Below, in pieces: positions 26,213 through 37,707 of a stretch of 41,870 nucleotides of DNA. The first letter of the stretch is position 1. Each line of letters opens with the position of its first letter. The translations under genes and the position numbers were made by a program. Under the pieces are notes generated by a model, which saw nothing but the letters and a program-made list of their open reading frames with translations, was not told the origin of the DNA and ran no database searches. The stretch is from Stenotrophobium sp. GTDB taxonomy: Bacteria > Pseudomonadota > Gammaproteobacteria > Nevskiales > Nevskiaceae. Where the stretch lies: positions 1-41,870 of the forward strand of contig JBOICL010000118.1 of assembly GCA_050740055.1 (NCBI GenBank), given 5' to 3'.

Positions 26213-26866
26213 TCATTGTTCGACCAGCGCGCTTTGCGCAAAGCCGAGTTTCGCCACGCCGGGCTGGGCAACATGGGCCTGTTCGCGGCTGCCGTAGGGG
26301 CCGATGCGGACGCGGTACAGGACGCCGCCAGGGGCCTCCACCGGCGAAATGATCGCCTTGAACCCGCCGCTTTCGAGCTTGCTCACCGTTTCGTGCGCAT
26401 GGTCAGCGTCGGTGAAGGCTCCTGCCTGCACATACCAGCCGCCTTTGTTGGCGGCAGGAGAGGCAGGCGTTTTCTGCACAGCGATTGGAGCGGGCTTGAC
26501 TGCCTCCGGCGCGACGGGTTTCTGCACAGGTTTCGTCGCGATCTTCTCCGGTGAGTGTTCCGCGGCAACGGGCTGCGTGTCCGGCATCGCCGCCGGGTCT
26601 TCAACGCCAGGTTCCGGCGCGTCATTGTCCGCAGCCGGCTGCGCCTGCGTGACCTGTGTAGCTACCGGCGCCGCAATCACTGGCGGCACGGGTGTCGAGG
26701 GCAAAACCGCAACGGGCGCTGGCGTGGGCGCATGCAGATCGATCGTCACGCGCTGGGCAGTGCCGTCGTGGTGCGGGCCGGGGCGCGGTAGCAGAAAGCT
26801 GACCAGCAGCGCCGCAGCCAGCAGAACGGCGACACCGGCGAGACGGCGTTTCAGACGGTCATCCAT
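26213..26866 (-). CDS. dedD: SPOR-domain cell division protein
   Basis: LKRRLAG TM anchor, Pro/Ala linker, WYVQAGAF...YRVRIGP; between folC and cvpA. Confidence 0.88.
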   Translation of the reverse strand: MDDRLKRRLAGVAVLLAAALLVSFLLPRPGPHHDGTAQRVTIDLHAPTPAPVAVLPSTPVPPVIAAPVATQVTQAQPAADNDAPEPGVEDPAAMPDTQPVAAEHSPEKIATKPVQKPVAPEAVKPAPIAVQKTPASPAANKGGWYVQAGAFTDADHAHETVSKLESGGFKAIISPVEAPGGVLYRVRIGPYGSREQAHVAQPGVAKLGFAQSALVEQ

Positions 26867-28118
26867 CGAGCACTTCCGCCACCGCCGCCACACTCAGGAA
26901 TGAACCCGTCACCACGATCACATCCTCCGCCCGCGCGGTCCCGCGCGCCGCTGCATACGCATCGATAATTTCCGCATGTTCGGTGCAGTGCAGGCCAATG
27001 CTGCGCAGACGCAACGCCAGCGCCTCCGCCGACTGCCCTCGCGGCCCGGCCAAGCCTGCCGCAAACACCCCGTGCACAACAGGCGCAAGCGCGTGTGCGA
27101 AGGCTTCAACCGGTTTGTCGGTGAGCATGCCAAGCACCAGCAGAACGCGGCCGACAATGCGCTCAGCGCGCAGATTATCCGCCAGAACCGCCGCGGCCTC
27201 CGCGTTATGGCCCACGTCCAGGATGACATCGCCGATGCGCTGGAAGCGCCCTGGCAGGCGCAGCGCCGGCAGTGCCTTGCGGATGGCATCCGGCGTGACC
27301 GGCAGTGTGCTGTTCAGCGCGGCCGTTGCGGCGATTACGCCTGCGGCGTTGCGCAGTTGTGTGACGCCGCGCAGGCCGGGCATCGGCAGGTTCGGCATGA
27401 CTTCCTCGCCTCCCCGCCAGCTCCAGCGGCCATCTCCGCTCGTGAAATTGAATTCATGGCCGATGCGCATCAGCGTAATTCCCAACTCCTGCGCATGCCT
27501 CGTCACGGATGCCGGAGGCTCGCGGTCCACGCAAATTGCCGGCCGTCCGGCGCGCAAGATGCCGGCTTTCTCGTGGCCGATGCTCTCGCGGTCCGGGCCC
27601 AGCCAGTCGGTGTGATCGAGGCCGATATTGGTGATCAGCGCGCAGTCTGTGTCCACCAGGTTGACCGCATCGAGCCGCCCGCCGAGGCCGACTTCGAGCA
27701 CCTGCATGTCCACGCGCGCCTCGCGGAACAGCCATAGCGCGGCCAGCGTGCCGAATTCGAAATAGGTCAGCGATATATCCGCCCGCGCCTGCTCGACGGC
27801 CAGGAACGCGCGGAACAGTTCGGCGTCGGCGGCCTCGGTGCCGTCGATGGCGATGCGCTCGTTGTAGCGGCGCAGATGCGGCGAGGTATAGAGACCAACG
27901 CGATAACCCGCGGCGCGGTAGATGCCCGCGGCTAGCGTGGCGCTGGAGCCCTTGCCGTTGGTGCCCGCGATGGTCAGCGTGCGGATGCGCGCATCGGGCA
28001 GCCCCATGCGCGCGGCGACTTCGCCAACCCGCTCCAGTCCCATCGCGATGGCGCGCGGGTGCAGATTTTCCTGCCAGCGCAGCCAGTCGGCGAGTGTCCA
28101 CTGAGTTTGAGGGAGCAT
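26859..28118 (-). CDS. folC: Dihydrofolate/folylpolyglutamate synthase
   Basis: AGTNGKGS, YTSPHL, LEVGLGGRLDAVN, LDVGHN. Confidence 0.97.
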   Translation of the reverse strand: MLPQTQWTLADWLRWQENLHPRAIAMGLERVGEVAARMGLPDARIRTLTIAGTNGKGSSATLAAGIYRAAGYRVGLYTSPHLRRYNERIAIDGTEAADAELFRAFLAVEQARADISLTYFEFGTLAALWLFREARVDMQVLEVGLGGRLDAVNLVDTDCALITNIGLDHTDWLGPDRESIGHEKAGILRAGRPAICVDREPPASVTRHAQELGITLMRIGHEFNFTSGDGRWSWRGGEEVMPNLPMPGLRGVTQLRNAAGVIAATAALNSTLPVTPDAIRKALPALRLPGRFQRIGDVILDVGHNAEAAAVLADNLRAERIVGRVLLVLGMLTDKPVEAFAHALAPVVHGVFAAGLAGPRGQSAEALALRLRSIGLHCTEHAEIIDAYAAARGTARAEDVIVVTGSFLSVAAVAEVLDG

Positions 28119-28142
28119 GAGCGGCTGAAGCGATTCTTCGTG

Positions 28143-28250
28143 ACCCGCTCTGCGCCTGTTTGCCTGGGAGTATGTTATTTATTATTGACTATAGTTAAAT
28201 ATAATCAATATTTAATAACAGTAAGTATGCCGCAAACGGCAAGAGCGGGT
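28143..28250. repeat. 108-bp intergenic element, copy 2 (accD-folC gap)
   Basis: ACCCGCTCT...AGAGCGGGT; AT core 28173-28220 bounded by TGTTA/TAACA. Confidence 0.9.
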
Positions 28251-28260
28251 GGACGTGTTC

Positions 28261-29139
28261 CTAGTGAGCGGCGGCGATGCTGGGCGAAAAATGCGTGAGC
28301 ATTGCGAGCATGCGGTAAATCTTTTCGCGCATCTCGCGGCGATCCACGATGGTGTCGATATGGCCCTGCTCCAGCAGGAACTCGGCGCGCTGGAAGCCTT
28401 CCGGCAGTTTCTGGCGCACAGTCTGCTCGATCACGCGCGGGCCGGCGAAGCCGATCAGGGCCTTGGGTTCGGCGATGTTGATGTCGCCGAGCATCGCAAG
28501 GCTGGCGGAGACGCCGCCCATGGTCGGATGCGTCAGCACGGAGATGAACGGCAGGCCGCGTTCCGCGAGCTTGGCCAGCGCCGCGCTGGTCTTGGCCATC
28601 TGCATCAGCGAGAACAGCGATTCCTGCATGCGCGCTCCGCCACTGGCGGAAAACAGCACCAATGGCACACCGAACTCTAGGCTGGCATTGACACCCTGCA
28701 CGAACTTCTCGCCGACCACGCTGCCCATGGAGCCGCCCATGAAGCTGAACTCGAAGGCCGTCACCACCAGCGGCAGGCCCATCAGCTGGCCGCGCATCAC
28801 CACCAGTGCATCGCGTTCGTCGGTATCGTTCTGCGCTTCCTTGATGCGCTCGGTGTATTTGCGGCTGTCACGGAATTTCAGCGGATCGAGCGGGCCGATT
28901 TTTTCGCCGATCTCGATACGCGGTTCGGCGTCAAGAAAATGGTCAAGACGCTGGCGCGCAGTGATGTTGCGATGCGCGCCGCACTTGGGACACACCTCCA
29001 GCGTGCGTTCCAGTTCCGCCCGATACAGCACGGACTGGCAGCTTTCGCACTTGGTCCACAGCCCTTCCGGCACATTGCGCTTGCGCGCGCCGGTGGTGAG
29101 CAGTTTTGAACCCGCAATTTTTTCGAGCCAGCTGGTCAT
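28261..29139 (-). CDS. accD: Acetyl-CoA carboxylase carboxyltransferase beta
   Basis: GLWTKC..C...VCPKC zinc finger, [18 protein letters not shown]. Confidence 0.98.
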   Translation of the reverse strand: MTSWLEKIAGSKLLTTGARKRNVPEGLWTKCESCQSVLYRAELERTLEVCPKCGAHRNITARQRLDHFLDAEPRIEIGEKIGPLDPLKFRDSRKYTERIKEAQNDTDERDALVVMRGQLMGLPLVVTAFEFSFMGGSMGSVVGEKFVQGVNASLEFGVPLVLFSASGGARMQESLFSLMQMAKTSAALAKLAERGLPFISVLTHPTMGGVSASLAMLGDINIAEPKALIGFAGPRVIEQTVRQKLPEGFQRAEFLLEQGHIDTIVDRREMREKIYRMLAMLTHFSPSIAAAH

Positions 29140-29957
29140 GAGCGATGGGCTTCCAGTTTATCCAGGGCGTCACGCAGGGGCTTGAGTTTAGCACCGAGTA
29201 TTTCCGGCAATCTGCCCGGTTCGGACTGGCCTTTTTCGATGGCCGACACCAGCATGCTGCCCACCACCACGCCGTCAGCCACGCGGCCCACGGCGGCTGC
29301 GCTGGCGGCATCGCGGATACCGAAACCCACTGCCACCGGCAGATCGGTGACCTTGCGGATTTTTGTGAGCTTGGCTGCGACACTATCCACATCCAGCGTC
29401 GCGGCACCCGTGACGCCCTTGAGCGAAACGTAATAGAGATAGCCGCTGGCCTCGCGCGCGATGGCGGTGATGCGCTCGACCGGACTGGTCGGCGCCAGCA
29501 GGAAGATGCAGTCCAGGCCATGCTCGCGCAGCACCGGCAGATAAGCCGAGGACTCCTCCACCGCCAGATCCACGATCAGCACACCGTCCACGCCGCAGGC
29601 CTGCGCCTTTTCCGCAAATGGCTTGAGGCCGCGCATCTCGATGGGATTGAGGTAGCCCATCAGCACCACCGGCGTCTTGCCGTCGGTCTTGCGGAATTCC
29701 GCGACCATGTCCATCACCTGCCACAGGCTGGTGCCGTGCGCCAGCGCGCGCTCGCAGGCGAGCTGGATGGTAGGGCCATCGGCCATCGGATCGGAAAACG
29801 GCACGCCCAGTTCGACCACGTCCGCGCCCGCTTTCACCAGCGCGTGCATGAAAGAAACCGTGTGCTGCGGATGCGGATCGCCGGCGGTGATGTAGGGGAT
29901 CAGCGCCTTGCGCTTCTGCGCTTTCAGCGCGGTGAAAACCTTTGCGAGACGGCTCAT
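29136..29957 (-). CDS. trpA: Tryptophan synthase alpha
   Basis: [33 protein letters not shown]. Confidence 0.97.
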   Translation of the reverse strand: MSRLAKVFTALKAQKRKALIPYITAGDPHPQHTVSFMHALVKAGADVVELGVPFSDPMADGPTIQLACERALAHGTSLWQVMDMVAEFRKTDGKTPVVLMGYLNPIEMRGLKPFAEKAQACGVDGVLIVDLAVEESSAYLPVLREHGLDCIFLLAPTSPVERITAIAREASGYLYYVSLKGVTGAATLDVDSVAAKLTKIRKVTDLPVAVGFGIRDAASAAAVGRVADGVVVGSMLVSAIEKGQSEPGRLPEILGAKLKPLRDALDKLEAHRS

Positions 29958-31153
29958 GTGAGGGAAATTCCCTCCAACTTGGCAATGGTGAAAATATCTT
30001 TGTCGCCGCGACCGGAAAGATTCACGACGATGGCCTTGACCTTGCCCAGTTGCGCGGCAAGATTCTTGGCATAGGCAAAGGCGTGTGAGGACTCCAGCGC
30101 AGGAATGATGCCTTCGACCAGCGTCAGTTCGTGGAACGCAGCGAGCGCCGCATCGTCGTTGACCGGCGCGTAGGTGACGCGACCGATGTCCTTGAGCCAG
30201 GAATGTTCCGGCCCAACGCCAGGATAATCCAGGCCTGCAGAAATCGAATGCGTGGGCATGATCTGGCCGTTTTCGTCGGCCATGATGTAGGTGCGATTGC
30301 CATGCAACACGCCCGGTCGGCCAGCCGTGAGTGGCGCGGCGTGGTCTGGGGTATCGACGCCGCGTCCGCCGGCCTCGATGCCATACAGCGCCACCTCCTT
30401 GTGATCGATGAAGGGATGGAACATGCCGATGGCATTGGAACCACCACCGACGCAGGCGACCAGCGCATCCGGCAGCCGCCCGATCTGCTCGCGGGTCTGG
30501 GTCAGCAGTTCGCGGCCGACCACAGCGTTGAAATCGCGCACCAGCATCGGATACGGATGTGGCCCGGCTACGGTGCCGATCACATAAAAAGTGTCGTCCA
30601 CGTTCGTGACCCAGTCGCGCATCGCCTCGTTGAGCGCGTCCTTGAGCGTGCGCGTGCCGCTCTGCACCGGCACCACCTCCGCGCCCAGCAGCTTCATGCG
30701 GTACACATTCGGCGACTGGCGCTGCACATCCTCCGCGCCCATGTAGACCACGCACTTGAGGCCCAGGCGTGCGGCGATGGTCGCGGTGGCCACGCCGTGC
30801 TGGCCTGCGCCGGTCTCGGCGATGATGCGGGTCTTGCCCAGAAACTTCGCGAGCAGAGCCTGGCCGACGGTGTTGTTCACCTTGTGCGCGCCGGTGTGGT
30901 TGAGGTCTTCGCGCTTGATGTAGACCTGCGCTCCGCCCCATTTCCGGGTCAGGCGCTCGGCGTGATACAGCGGCGACGGGCGGCCGACGTAATACTTGAG
31001 GTCCTTGTCCAGTTCGGCCAGAAACGCGGGGTCGTCCTTGAGCTGAGTGTAGGCCGCCGTCAGCGCGCGCAAGGGTTCCATCAGGGTTTCAGCGACGAAC
31101 TGGCCGCCATAGGGGCCGAAGTGACCGTGTGCATCCGGGTACTGATAAGTCAT
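29954..31153 (-). CDS. trpB: Tryptophan synthase beta
   Basis: [38 protein letters not shown]. Confidence 0.98.
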   Translation of the reverse strand: MTYQYPDAHGHFGPYGGQFVAETLMEPLRALTAAYTQLKDDPAFLAELDKDLKYYVGRPSPLYHAERLTRKWGGAQVYIKREDLNHTGAHKVNNTVGQALLAKFLGKTRIIAETGAGQHGVATATIAARLGLKCVVYMGAEDVQRQSPNVYRMKLLGAEVVPVQSGTRTLKDALNEAMRDWVTNVDDTFYVIGTVAGPHPYPMLVRDFNAVVGRELLTQTREQIGRLPDALVACVGGGSNAIGMFHPFIDHKEVALYGIEAGGRGVDTPDHAAPLTAGRPGVLHGNRTYIMADENGQIMPTHSISAGLDYPGVGPEHSWLKDIGRVTYAPVNDDAALAAFHELTLVEGIIPALESSHAFAYAKNLAAQLGKVKAIVVNLSGRGDKDIFTIAKLEGISLT

Positions 31154-31806
31154 GAACTCAACTCTAGGTCGGCGCGCCGCACGGCATCCACGAACGCACG
31201 CATTTTCTCGAAATTCTTGATACCGGGACGCGACTCGATGCCACTGGACACATCCACCGCATAAGGCCGCAGGCTGTGTATGCCTTCGCCAACATTCTGC
31301 GCATTGAGGCCGCCGGCCAGCACCAGCGGCTTGCCGCTGCGCACTACCTTGGTCCAGTCGAAGGTCTCGCCGCGCCCGCCCATGCCGCCCTGCCCGTGGC
31401 TGTCGAGCAGCAGCGCAGACGACGAGTCAAATTCGCGTGCCGCCTGTTCCAGATCCTGCGGCTCTGCCATCGCCACGGCCTTCATGTAGGGCAGCCCGAA
31501 ACTCTCGCAGAATGCAGCCGTCTCGCTGCCATGGAACTGGAGGAGATCGGGCCGCAACGGGTTCACCGCAGCCTGCACTTCTTCGGCATTTGCATCCTGG
31601 AATAAGGCAACGGCGCTGACGAAAGGCGGCAGCGCGCGGCGGATGATAGCGGCCGCGGCAGGTGCGATAAAGCGCGGACTGCGTGGCACCAGCACAAATC
31701 CCAGCGCATCCACACCCAACTCGGTGGCGCGCGCGGCATCTTCCGCGCGGGTAATGCCGCAGAACTTGATGCGTGTGCGTCGTGCAGTGGTCTGTCCAGG
31801 GTTCAT
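31150..31806 (-). CDS. trpF: Phosphoribosylanthranilate isomerase
   Basis: [28 protein letters not shown]. Confidence 0.96.
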   Translation of the reverse strand: MNPGQTTARRTRIKFCGITRAEDAARATELGVDALGFVLVPRSPRFIAPAAAAIIRRALPPFVSAVALFQDANAEEVQAAVNPLRPDLLQFHGSETAAFCESFGLPYMKAVAMAEPQDLEQAAREFDSSSALLLDSHGQGGMGGRGETFDWTKVVRSGKPLVLAGGLNAQNVGEGIHSLRPYAVDVSSGIESRPGIKNFEKMRAFVDAVRRADLELSS

Positions 31807-31823
31807 TCGGGGTTTTCCGCATC

Positions 31824-31931
31824 ACCCGCCCTTGAGAATTCAGCCGAGGCGCTTGTGATTTATTAGTTACTATTATTATAAATAGTAACTATTTAATAAC
31901 AGCATGTCGATTCAAAACCGTGAGAGCGGGT
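31824..31931. repeat. 108-bp intergenic element, copy 3 (truA-trpF gap)
   Basis: ACCCGCCCT...AGAGCGGGT; AT core 31854-31901 bounded by TGTGA/TAACA, with internal arms TAGTTACTATT/AATAGTAACTA. Confidence 0.9.
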
Positions 31932-31947
31932 GGCGATTATGCCTCGT

Positions 31948-32730
31948 TCAGGCCGGCAGCCAGGGTGTGGGCGGCGGCGGCAGCGCGAATTCTGCCGGAT
32001 ATTCCGGCCCCACGAAATACAGGCCATCGGGCGGCGCATTCACGCCTGCCTGCGTGCGATCACGCCCCGCCAGCAATTCCGCCATCCAGGATTCAGGCCG
32101 TTTGCCCAGGCCCACCTCGGCCAGTGAGCCGATGATGTTGCGCACCATATGGTGCAGAAAAGCGTTGGCGCAGATGTCCATCACGACGAATTCGCCGCTG
32201 CGGAACAGGCGCAGGCTTTTCATCAGGCGCACCGGCGTATGCGACTGGCACTGCGAATCGCGGAAGGCGGAAAAATCGTGCTCACCGGTCAGCACCTGCG
32301 CGGCGCGATGCATCGCCTCCGCGTCCAGCGCCTGCGCCCACCACGCGGCGCGGCCGTGCAGCAGCGCCGAGCGCGCGCGGTGATTGTGGATGAGGTAGCG
32401 GTAATGCCGCGCAAGCGCCGAGTAGCGTGCGCTGAACGATTCATCGACTGGCTGGATCCAGCGCAGGCTGATGTCGCGCAGCAGGTTGGTGTTGGTGCCG
32501 AGCAGCCAGGCATACGGTGAACGCCGCGCCGCGCTGTCGAAGTGCGCGACCTGCTGGAAGGCATGCACACCGGCATCGGTGCGTCCGGCGCAAGTCATCA
32601 CAACCGCATGGTCCGCGACCTTGGAAAGCGCGGCCTGCAAGGTCGCCTGCACCGAGTGAACTTTGCTCTGCGCCTGCCAGCCGCCGTAGGCCGTGCCGAT
32701 GTATTCGATGCCTGCCGCCCAGCGGGTCAT
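31948..32730 (-). CDS. truA: tRNA pseudouridine(38-40) synthase
   Basis: AGRTDAGVHA, GEHDFSAFR, FLHHMVRNI. Confidence 0.97.
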   Translation of the reverse strand: MTRWAAGIEYIGTAYGGWQAQSKVHSVQATLQAALSKVADHAVVMTCAGRTDAGVHAFQQVAHFDSAARRSPYAWLLGTNTNLLRDISLRWIQPVDESFSARYSALARHYRYLIHNHRARSALLHGRAAWWAQALDAEAMHRAAQVLTGEHDFSAFRDSQCQSHTPVRLMKSLRLFRSGEFVVMDICANAFLHHMVRNIIGSLAEVGLGKRPESWMAELLAGRDRTQAGVNAPPDGLYFVGPEYPAEFALPPPPTPWLPA

Positions 32731-32746
32731 GTCTCAACCGTATATG

Positions 32747-32783
32747 AAAAAAGCGGTCGGCGTGACAATGCACACCGCCCGCT
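32747..32783 (-). terminator. Probable intrinsic terminator after fimV
   Basis: Minus strand AGCGGGCGGTGTG / CACGCCGACCGCT imperfect stem, ending in a T6 run. Confidence 0.6.
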
Positions 32784-32795
32784 CATGTAACTCTC

Positions 32796-35330
32796 TCAGG
32801 CCAGGCGCTTCAGCAGGGTTTCGGCGTCGGTCTTCTGGGTGGCGCTGCCCTGCTCCATGACTTCGTTGAGCAGCGTGCGCGCGGTCTCGTTGTCGCCCAT
32901 ATCCACATACGCGCGCGCCAGATCAAGCTTGGTGCCCGCCTCATCTCCTGCGGAAATCGCGTGGCTGTCCTCGGAGGCATCGCCGAGGTCGAAATTTTCG
33001 AGCTTGATTTCATCGATGGTCGGCGTTTTCGCCGCCGGCGCATCGTGCGTAGCCGCCTTGGCCCCGGCCGGACTTAGATCAAAATCGGTGAGATTGAATT
33101 CGAGTGTGTTATCGCTACTGGTCGCCGCTGCCGCAGCGACGGGCTTGACCGGCTCCGCGACGTGCGGCGCATCGAAGTCTTCGAGCTTGAAATCCAGCCC
33201 GCTATCGGATGCGAAGGGCTTCTTGCCTGTGGAAGGCGGCGCGATGGCCGCAGTCGCCTCCGGCTCGTCGAATGCCAAGTCCATGACCCCTGCTATCGCT
33301 GCGGTCGCACCCGCGGTCTTGAACAGATCCGCGTCTGGATTCAGCTGCTGACCCATGATGGCGAGCTTCTGCCATTCCGCCGCAGGTAACTGCGCTTTGA
33401 GTGGTTCCGCTGTCTCGGTAAACTCCAACGCCTTGCCCGCGCGGAAATAGGTTTCCGCCAACTTGACACTCAGATCCTTGCGCTTGGGATCCTTTGCGAT
33501 CGCTTTTTTCAGCAACAGCGCCGCTTCGTCGTAGAGCCCATAAGCCAGATGGAAATCCGCCTCGGACAAGGGATCGTCAGCGCTGAGATCAACCTTCAGC
33601 GTCTCCGCCTCGAACTTGCCGGTGACATCGAAATCAACTGAGTCGGTGCCGATGTTTCTGCTGCTGGGCTTGCTGACCGGCGCCTCAACCGTCTGCGTCG
33701 AATCAAAATTCGGCAGTTGAGCAGTCTGCTCCAACGTCTGCTCGAACTGGGGTGTCCTGGCTGGGGCTGCCGGTGCCGCCTGCAGCGTGTCGCCAAGCCG
33801 CGCCTTGGCCGCGGTGGCTGCCGTCGCGACGGCCACCGCAGTAGCGACAGCAGGCGCTTTTGGCACGCGCATGCTGCCCAGAGTCGCGGGCGCCGCCGCG
33901 GGAGCAACCGGTTTGTCTTTCTTCCAGAAGCGCCAGTCGCGTTTCTTGGCCGTCGGGCGATCGTCCATCGAGTTCGCCGAGCGCTTGCTGCGCGCCAGAC
34001 GCAGACCCAGGAGGCCGAGCAACAGAACCACCACGCCGGCACCCCAGGGCATCAGGGTGTCCATCAGGGACTCAGGCGGAGGTGAAGGCGGCGCCGACGG
34101 TTGCACAGCCGGCTTGACAGGAGCGGCGGGTACCGGCACAGGCACCGGCTCAGCATTCGCGGGAGTCGTGACCACGGGCGGAGGATTTTCTGCTTGGGCG
34201 GGTGTGGCGGCCGCAGGCGCGGCAGCGGGCTCGGTCGGTACGCTGCCCGGAAGACTCGATGCCGGCGCCGGCGCCTCCACCGTTTTCGGCTTGCCAGTTT
34301 CGGCGGCAAGCTTGGTCGGTTCAGGCGCTGATACAGGCTTCGTTGACTCGACAGCCGGCGCAGGGGCCGGCTGGTTTTGAACCTGCATGCCCGTGTCGGG
34401 CTTGTTTTCCGCGGATGGGCCCGGAGCAGCTTGCGCGGGTACCGGAGCAGATGCTGGAGCGGGTGCCGGTGCAGCTGCTTCGGCCGCTTTTGCCGGCTTG
34501 ACGTGCCGCTGAGCCCGGCTACGCGGTTTTTGCGCGTGGGCGTGTTTGCCGCTCAATCGTTCCACACGCTGGGTTGCTTCGACCGCGCTTACCGAACGCA
34601 TTTGATCCAGTGTGGGCACTTCAAGCATCGAACCCTTGCGCACTTCAAGCCGCGGCTCGAAGGCCCTGCGGTTACTGTTGTAAATCGCCAACAGCACTTG
34701 GTTCATGGTGATCGACGGATCGCTGCGCAGCTTGGCGGCGATGCTCCACAGCGTTTCGCCAGGCTTGACCGGGCCATATTGCGTGTGGACGGGTGCCGCG
34801 GCGGGATTTTCTTCTCCAGTCACGCCGGCAGCAGGCGATGCAGGAGCGGATTGCGCCGGCGGATTGCCTTGCGCGGCTTCCGGCGCTGCGGATTCTGCGG
34901 GCGCAGCGTTCGCGGCGATGGGCACCGAGGGCTCGGCATAATTAGGCGGATCGAGCAGTACCGTGTACTGGCGCAGCAGCCGCGTGCCCTGAGAACGTAC
35001 CTCCAGCAGGAAATTCAGGAAAGGGTCATGCGCGATCAGATTGCTGGAAATTACGACGCGCGGATTTTTGCCGTCTGTTTTAACCTGGAAAGTCAGCGAA
35101 CTCAGGTAGTCGGCGCGCTCGATACCCGCCTTGGCGAAATCATCGTTGCTGCCCAGTTGAACCTGGATGCTGTCGGCATCCTCAGCATCAATCGCGCTGA
35201 GGGGAATCACTGCGCTGAATCGCTGATTCAGGCGCGACTGCACATCGATATCGCCTAGGCTCAAGGCGTAAGCCGTCGAGAGCCACAGGACGGGTCCGAG
35301 TGCCGCAATCAGAGCAAACTTTCGCAACAT
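32796..35330 (-). CDS. fimV: FimV/HubP polar landmark protein
   Basis: LSLGDIDVQSRLNQ...YTVLLDPP, LysM (GETLWSIA), TM, C-terminal TKLDLARAYVDMGD; between asd and truA. Confidence 0.93.
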   Translation of the reverse strand: MLRKFALIAALGPVLWLSTAYALSLGDIDVQSRLNQRFSAVIPLSAIDAEDADSIQVQLGSNDDFAKAGIERADYLSSLTFQVKTDGKNPRVVISSNLIAHDPFLNFLLEVRSQGTRLLRQYTVLLDPPNYAEPSVPIAANAAPAESAAPEAAQGNPPAQSAPASPAAGVTGEENPAAAPVHTQYGPVKPGETLWSIAAKLRSDPSITMNQVLLAIYNSNRRAFEPRLEVRKGSMLEVPTLDQMRSVSAVEATQRVERLSGKHAHAQKPRSRAQRHVKPAKAAEAAAPAPAPASAPVPAQAAPGPSAENKPDTGMQVQNQPAPAPAVESTKPVSAPEPTKLAAETGKPKTVEAPAPASSLPGSVPTEPAAAPAAATPAQAENPPPVVTTPANAEPVPVPVPAAPVKPAVQPSAPPSPPPESLMDTLMPWGAGVVVLLLGLLGLRLARSKRSANSMDDRPTAKKRDWRFWKKDKPVAPAAAPATLGSMRVPKAPAVATAVAVATAATAAKARLGDTLQAAPAAPARTPQFEQTLEQTAQLPNFDSTQTVEAPVSKPSSRNIGTDSVDFDVTGKFEAETLKVDLSADDPLSEADFHLAYGLYDEAALLLKKAIAKDPKRKDLSVKLAETYFRAGKALEFTETAEPLKAQLPAAEWQKLAIMGQQLNPDADLFKTAGATAAIAGVMDLAFDEPEATAAIAPPSTGKKPFASDSGLDFKLEDFDAPHVAEPVKPVAAAAATSSDNTLEFNLTDFDLSPAGAKAATHDAPAAKTPTIDEIKLENFDLGDASEDSHAISAGDEAGTKLDLARAYVDMGDNETARTLLNEVMEQGSATQKTDAETLLKRLA

Positions 35331-35479
35331 GGTATCTCCCCATCTGAAGCCAACGGCGCTGCGGTGGCCCCTATCAACGTATTAACGATCTTCGTTAATT
35401 AACGCTTGTAAGCCCTTTTATACACTATAAATAGTCACGAACCAAGACCTCGGCGCTCAGACTTTTGGCTCATTTCGTC

Positions 35480-36595
35480 TCAGCCTTGAAGCAGGATGCG
35501 TAGCATACGGCGTAATGGCTCCGCCGCGCCCCACAGCAACTGGTCGCCCACGGTAAATGCGCCCAGGTACCCGGGTCCCATGTTGAGCTTGCGCAAACGG
35601 CCGACCGCGACGTTGAGCGTGCCGGTAACGGCAACCGGCGTCAGGTCTTTTATCGACGCTTCGCGGGTATTTGGCACTAGTCGCACCCACTCGCTGTCGC
35701 CGCGGATCATCTGCTCAATCTCAGCCAGCGGCACATCGCGCTTGAGCTTGATGGTCAGTGCCTGCGAGTGGCAGCGCATGGCGCCGATGCGCACGCACAG
35801 GCCGTCCACCGGCACCGGGTTCGCCTCGCGGCCGAGGATTTTGTTGGTCTCGGCCTGGCCCTTCCATTCCTCCTTGGACTGGCCGTTGTCGAGCTGCTTG
35901 TCGATATACGGAATCAGCGAACCCGCCAGCGGTACGCCGAAGTGACTCGCAGGAAAATCACTGGCGCGTTGTGCCTCCGCCACCTTGCGGTCGATGTCCA
36001 GAATGGCGGAAGCCGGGCTCTGCAATTCCTTGTTCACGGATTGATGGAGGACGCCCATCTGCCCGATCAGCTCACGCATATTCTGCGCACCCGCGCCTGA
36101 CGCCGCCTGGTAGGTCATCGCCGACATCCACTCGATCAGGTCCGCCTTGTACAGCGCGCCCATTGCCATGAGCATCAGCGAAACCGTGCAGTTGCCGCCG
36201 ATGTAGTTCTTCACGCCCGCCGCCAGCGCATCCTTGATCACCGGCAGGTTGACCGGGTCGAGAATGATCACCGCATCGTCCTGCATGCGCAGCGCGGAGG
36301 CCGCGTCGATCCAGTAACCGTTCCAGCCGGCCGCGCGCAGCTTCGGGAAAATCTCGTTCGTATAGTCGCCGCCCTGGCAGGTGATGACGATGTCCATCGC
36401 CCGCAGCGCTTCGACGCTGTTCGCGTCCTTCAGCGCAGGCGTGTCCCTGCCACCGATCTTCGGCCCCAGTCCGCCCGCATTCGAGGTGCTGAAAAAATGC
36501 GGCTCAACCAGCTCAAGGTCATTCTCTTCCTGCATACGCTGCATCAGCACCGAACCCACCATGCCGCGCCAGCCCACCAGTCCCAACTTCTTCAT
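35480..36595 (-). CDS. asd: Aspartate-semialdehyde dehydrogenase
   Basis: [30 protein letters not shown]. Confidence 0.98.
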   Translation of the reverse strand: MKKLGLVGWRGMVGSVLMQRMQEENDLELVEPHFFSTSNAGGLGPKIGGRDTPALKDANSVEALRAMDIVITCQGGDYTNEIFPKLRAAGWNGYWIDAASALRMQDDAVIILDPVNLPVIKDALAAGVKNYIGGNCTVSLMLMAMGALYKADLIEWMSAMTYQAASGAGAQNMRELIGQMGVLHQSVNKELQSPASAILDIDRKVAEAQRASDFPASHFGVPLAGSLIPYIDKQLDNGQSKEEWKGQAETNKILGREANPVPVDGLCVRIGAMRCHSQALTIKLKRDVPLAEIEQMIRGDSEWVRLVPNTREASIKDLTPVAVTGTLNVAVGRLRKLNMGPGYLGAFTVGDQLLWGAAEPLRRMLRILLQG

Positions 36596-36611
36596 GTCGC
36601 TTCTCTATCTT

Positions 36612-37688
36612 TTAGTTGCGTAGTACAGCAACTACTGCTGCGCCCATTTCCTTCGTGCCGATGGTTTTCTCGCCCGGCTGCGCAATATCGCCAGTACGCT
36701 TGCCTTCACGCAGCACCTTTTTCACCGCCGCGTTGATGCGATCGGAAAGGTCGGCACGATTGAACGTGTATTTGAACATCATGCCTACCGACAGAATCGT
36801 CGCCAGCGGATTGGCCTTGTTCTGGCCCATGATGTCCGGTGCACTGCCGTGGATCGGCTCATAAAGCCCCTTGTTGTTCACATCCAGCGAAGCCGACGGC
36901 AGCATGCCGATCGACCCGGCCAGCATCGAGGCCTCGTCGGAAAGAATGTCGCCAAAGATGTTGCCAGTGACGATCACGTCAAACTGCTTCGGGTTCTTCA
37001 CCAACTGCATCGCAGCGTTATCCACGTACATGTGCGTAAGCGCCACATCGGGATATTGCTTGCCAACCTCGATCACCACCTCGCGCCACAGGCGTGAAGT
37101 CTCCAGCACGTTTTCCTTGTCCACGCTGCACACGCGCTGGCTACGCTTGCGCGCAGCCTGGAAGGCCACATGCGCGATGCGCTCCACTTCCGGCCGACTG
37201 TAGTGCATCGTGTCGTAGCCTTCGTCGGAACCATCCGCGGCCTTGCGGCGGCCACGCGGCTGCCCAAAATAAATCTCGCCAGTGAGCTCGCGCAGAATCA
37301 GGAGATCAAGACCCGCAATCACTTCAGGCTTGAACGACGACGCCGCTGCCAGTTCCTCATAAGCCAGTGCCGGACGCAGATTGGCGAACAGGCCGAGATC
37401 CTTGCGAATGCCGAGAATGCCCTGCTCCGGCCGCACCGCACGCGGCAACGCATCGTACTTCGGCCCGCCAACCGCACCCATCAGAATGGCATCTGCAGCG
37501 CGCGCCGCCTTCTGCGTCGAGGGCGGATACGGGTGACCTTCGGCGTCGTAGGCCGCGCCGCCGAGATGGCCAAAACTCCACTCGAGCATTTCGCCTTCGG
37601 CGCGGAACAGTTCCAGCACCTTGACGGCCTCGGCCATGATCTCGGGGCCGATGCCATCGCCCGGCAGAATCAGTATTTTCTTGTTCAT
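36612..37688 (-). CDS. leuB: 3-isopropylmalate dehydrogenase
   Basis: [28 protein letters not shown]. Confidence 0.98.
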   Translation of the reverse strand: MNKKILILPGDGIGPEIMAEAVKVLELFRAEGEMLEWSFGHLGGAAYDAEGHPYPPSTQKAARAADAILMGAVGGPKYDALPRAVRPEQGILGIRKDLGLFANLRPALAYEELAAASSFKPEVIAGLDLLILRELTGEIYFGQPRGRRKAADGSDEGYDTMHYSRPEVERIAHVAFQAARKRSQRVCSVDKENVLETSRLWREVVIEVGKQYPDVALTHMYVDNAAMQLVKNPKQFDVIVTGNIFGDILSDEASMLAGSIGMLPSASLDVNNKGLYEPIHGSAPDIMGQNKANPLATILSVGMMFKYTFNRADLSDRINAAVKKVLREGKRTGDIAQPGEKTIGTKEMGAAVVAVLRN

Positions 37689-37707
37689 GCCTCTTTAGTC
37701 GTCAATA

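Noticed and set aside
16117..28220. IHF sites (WATCAANNNNTTR) or CRP/FNR boxes in the element cores
   Set aside because: AATCAATATT occurs in copies 1 and 2, but the TTR part does not fit. TGTGA/TCACA half-sites are far beyond CRP spacing and are not shared by all copies.
29958..30941. 601-aa ORF suggesting a long TrpA fusion
   Set aside because: The upstream part is an off-frame shadow of trpB. TrpA starts at 29957.
34060..34560. Low-complexity GCN/CCN repeats
   Set aside because: They encode the ordinary Pro/Ala-rich linker of FimV.
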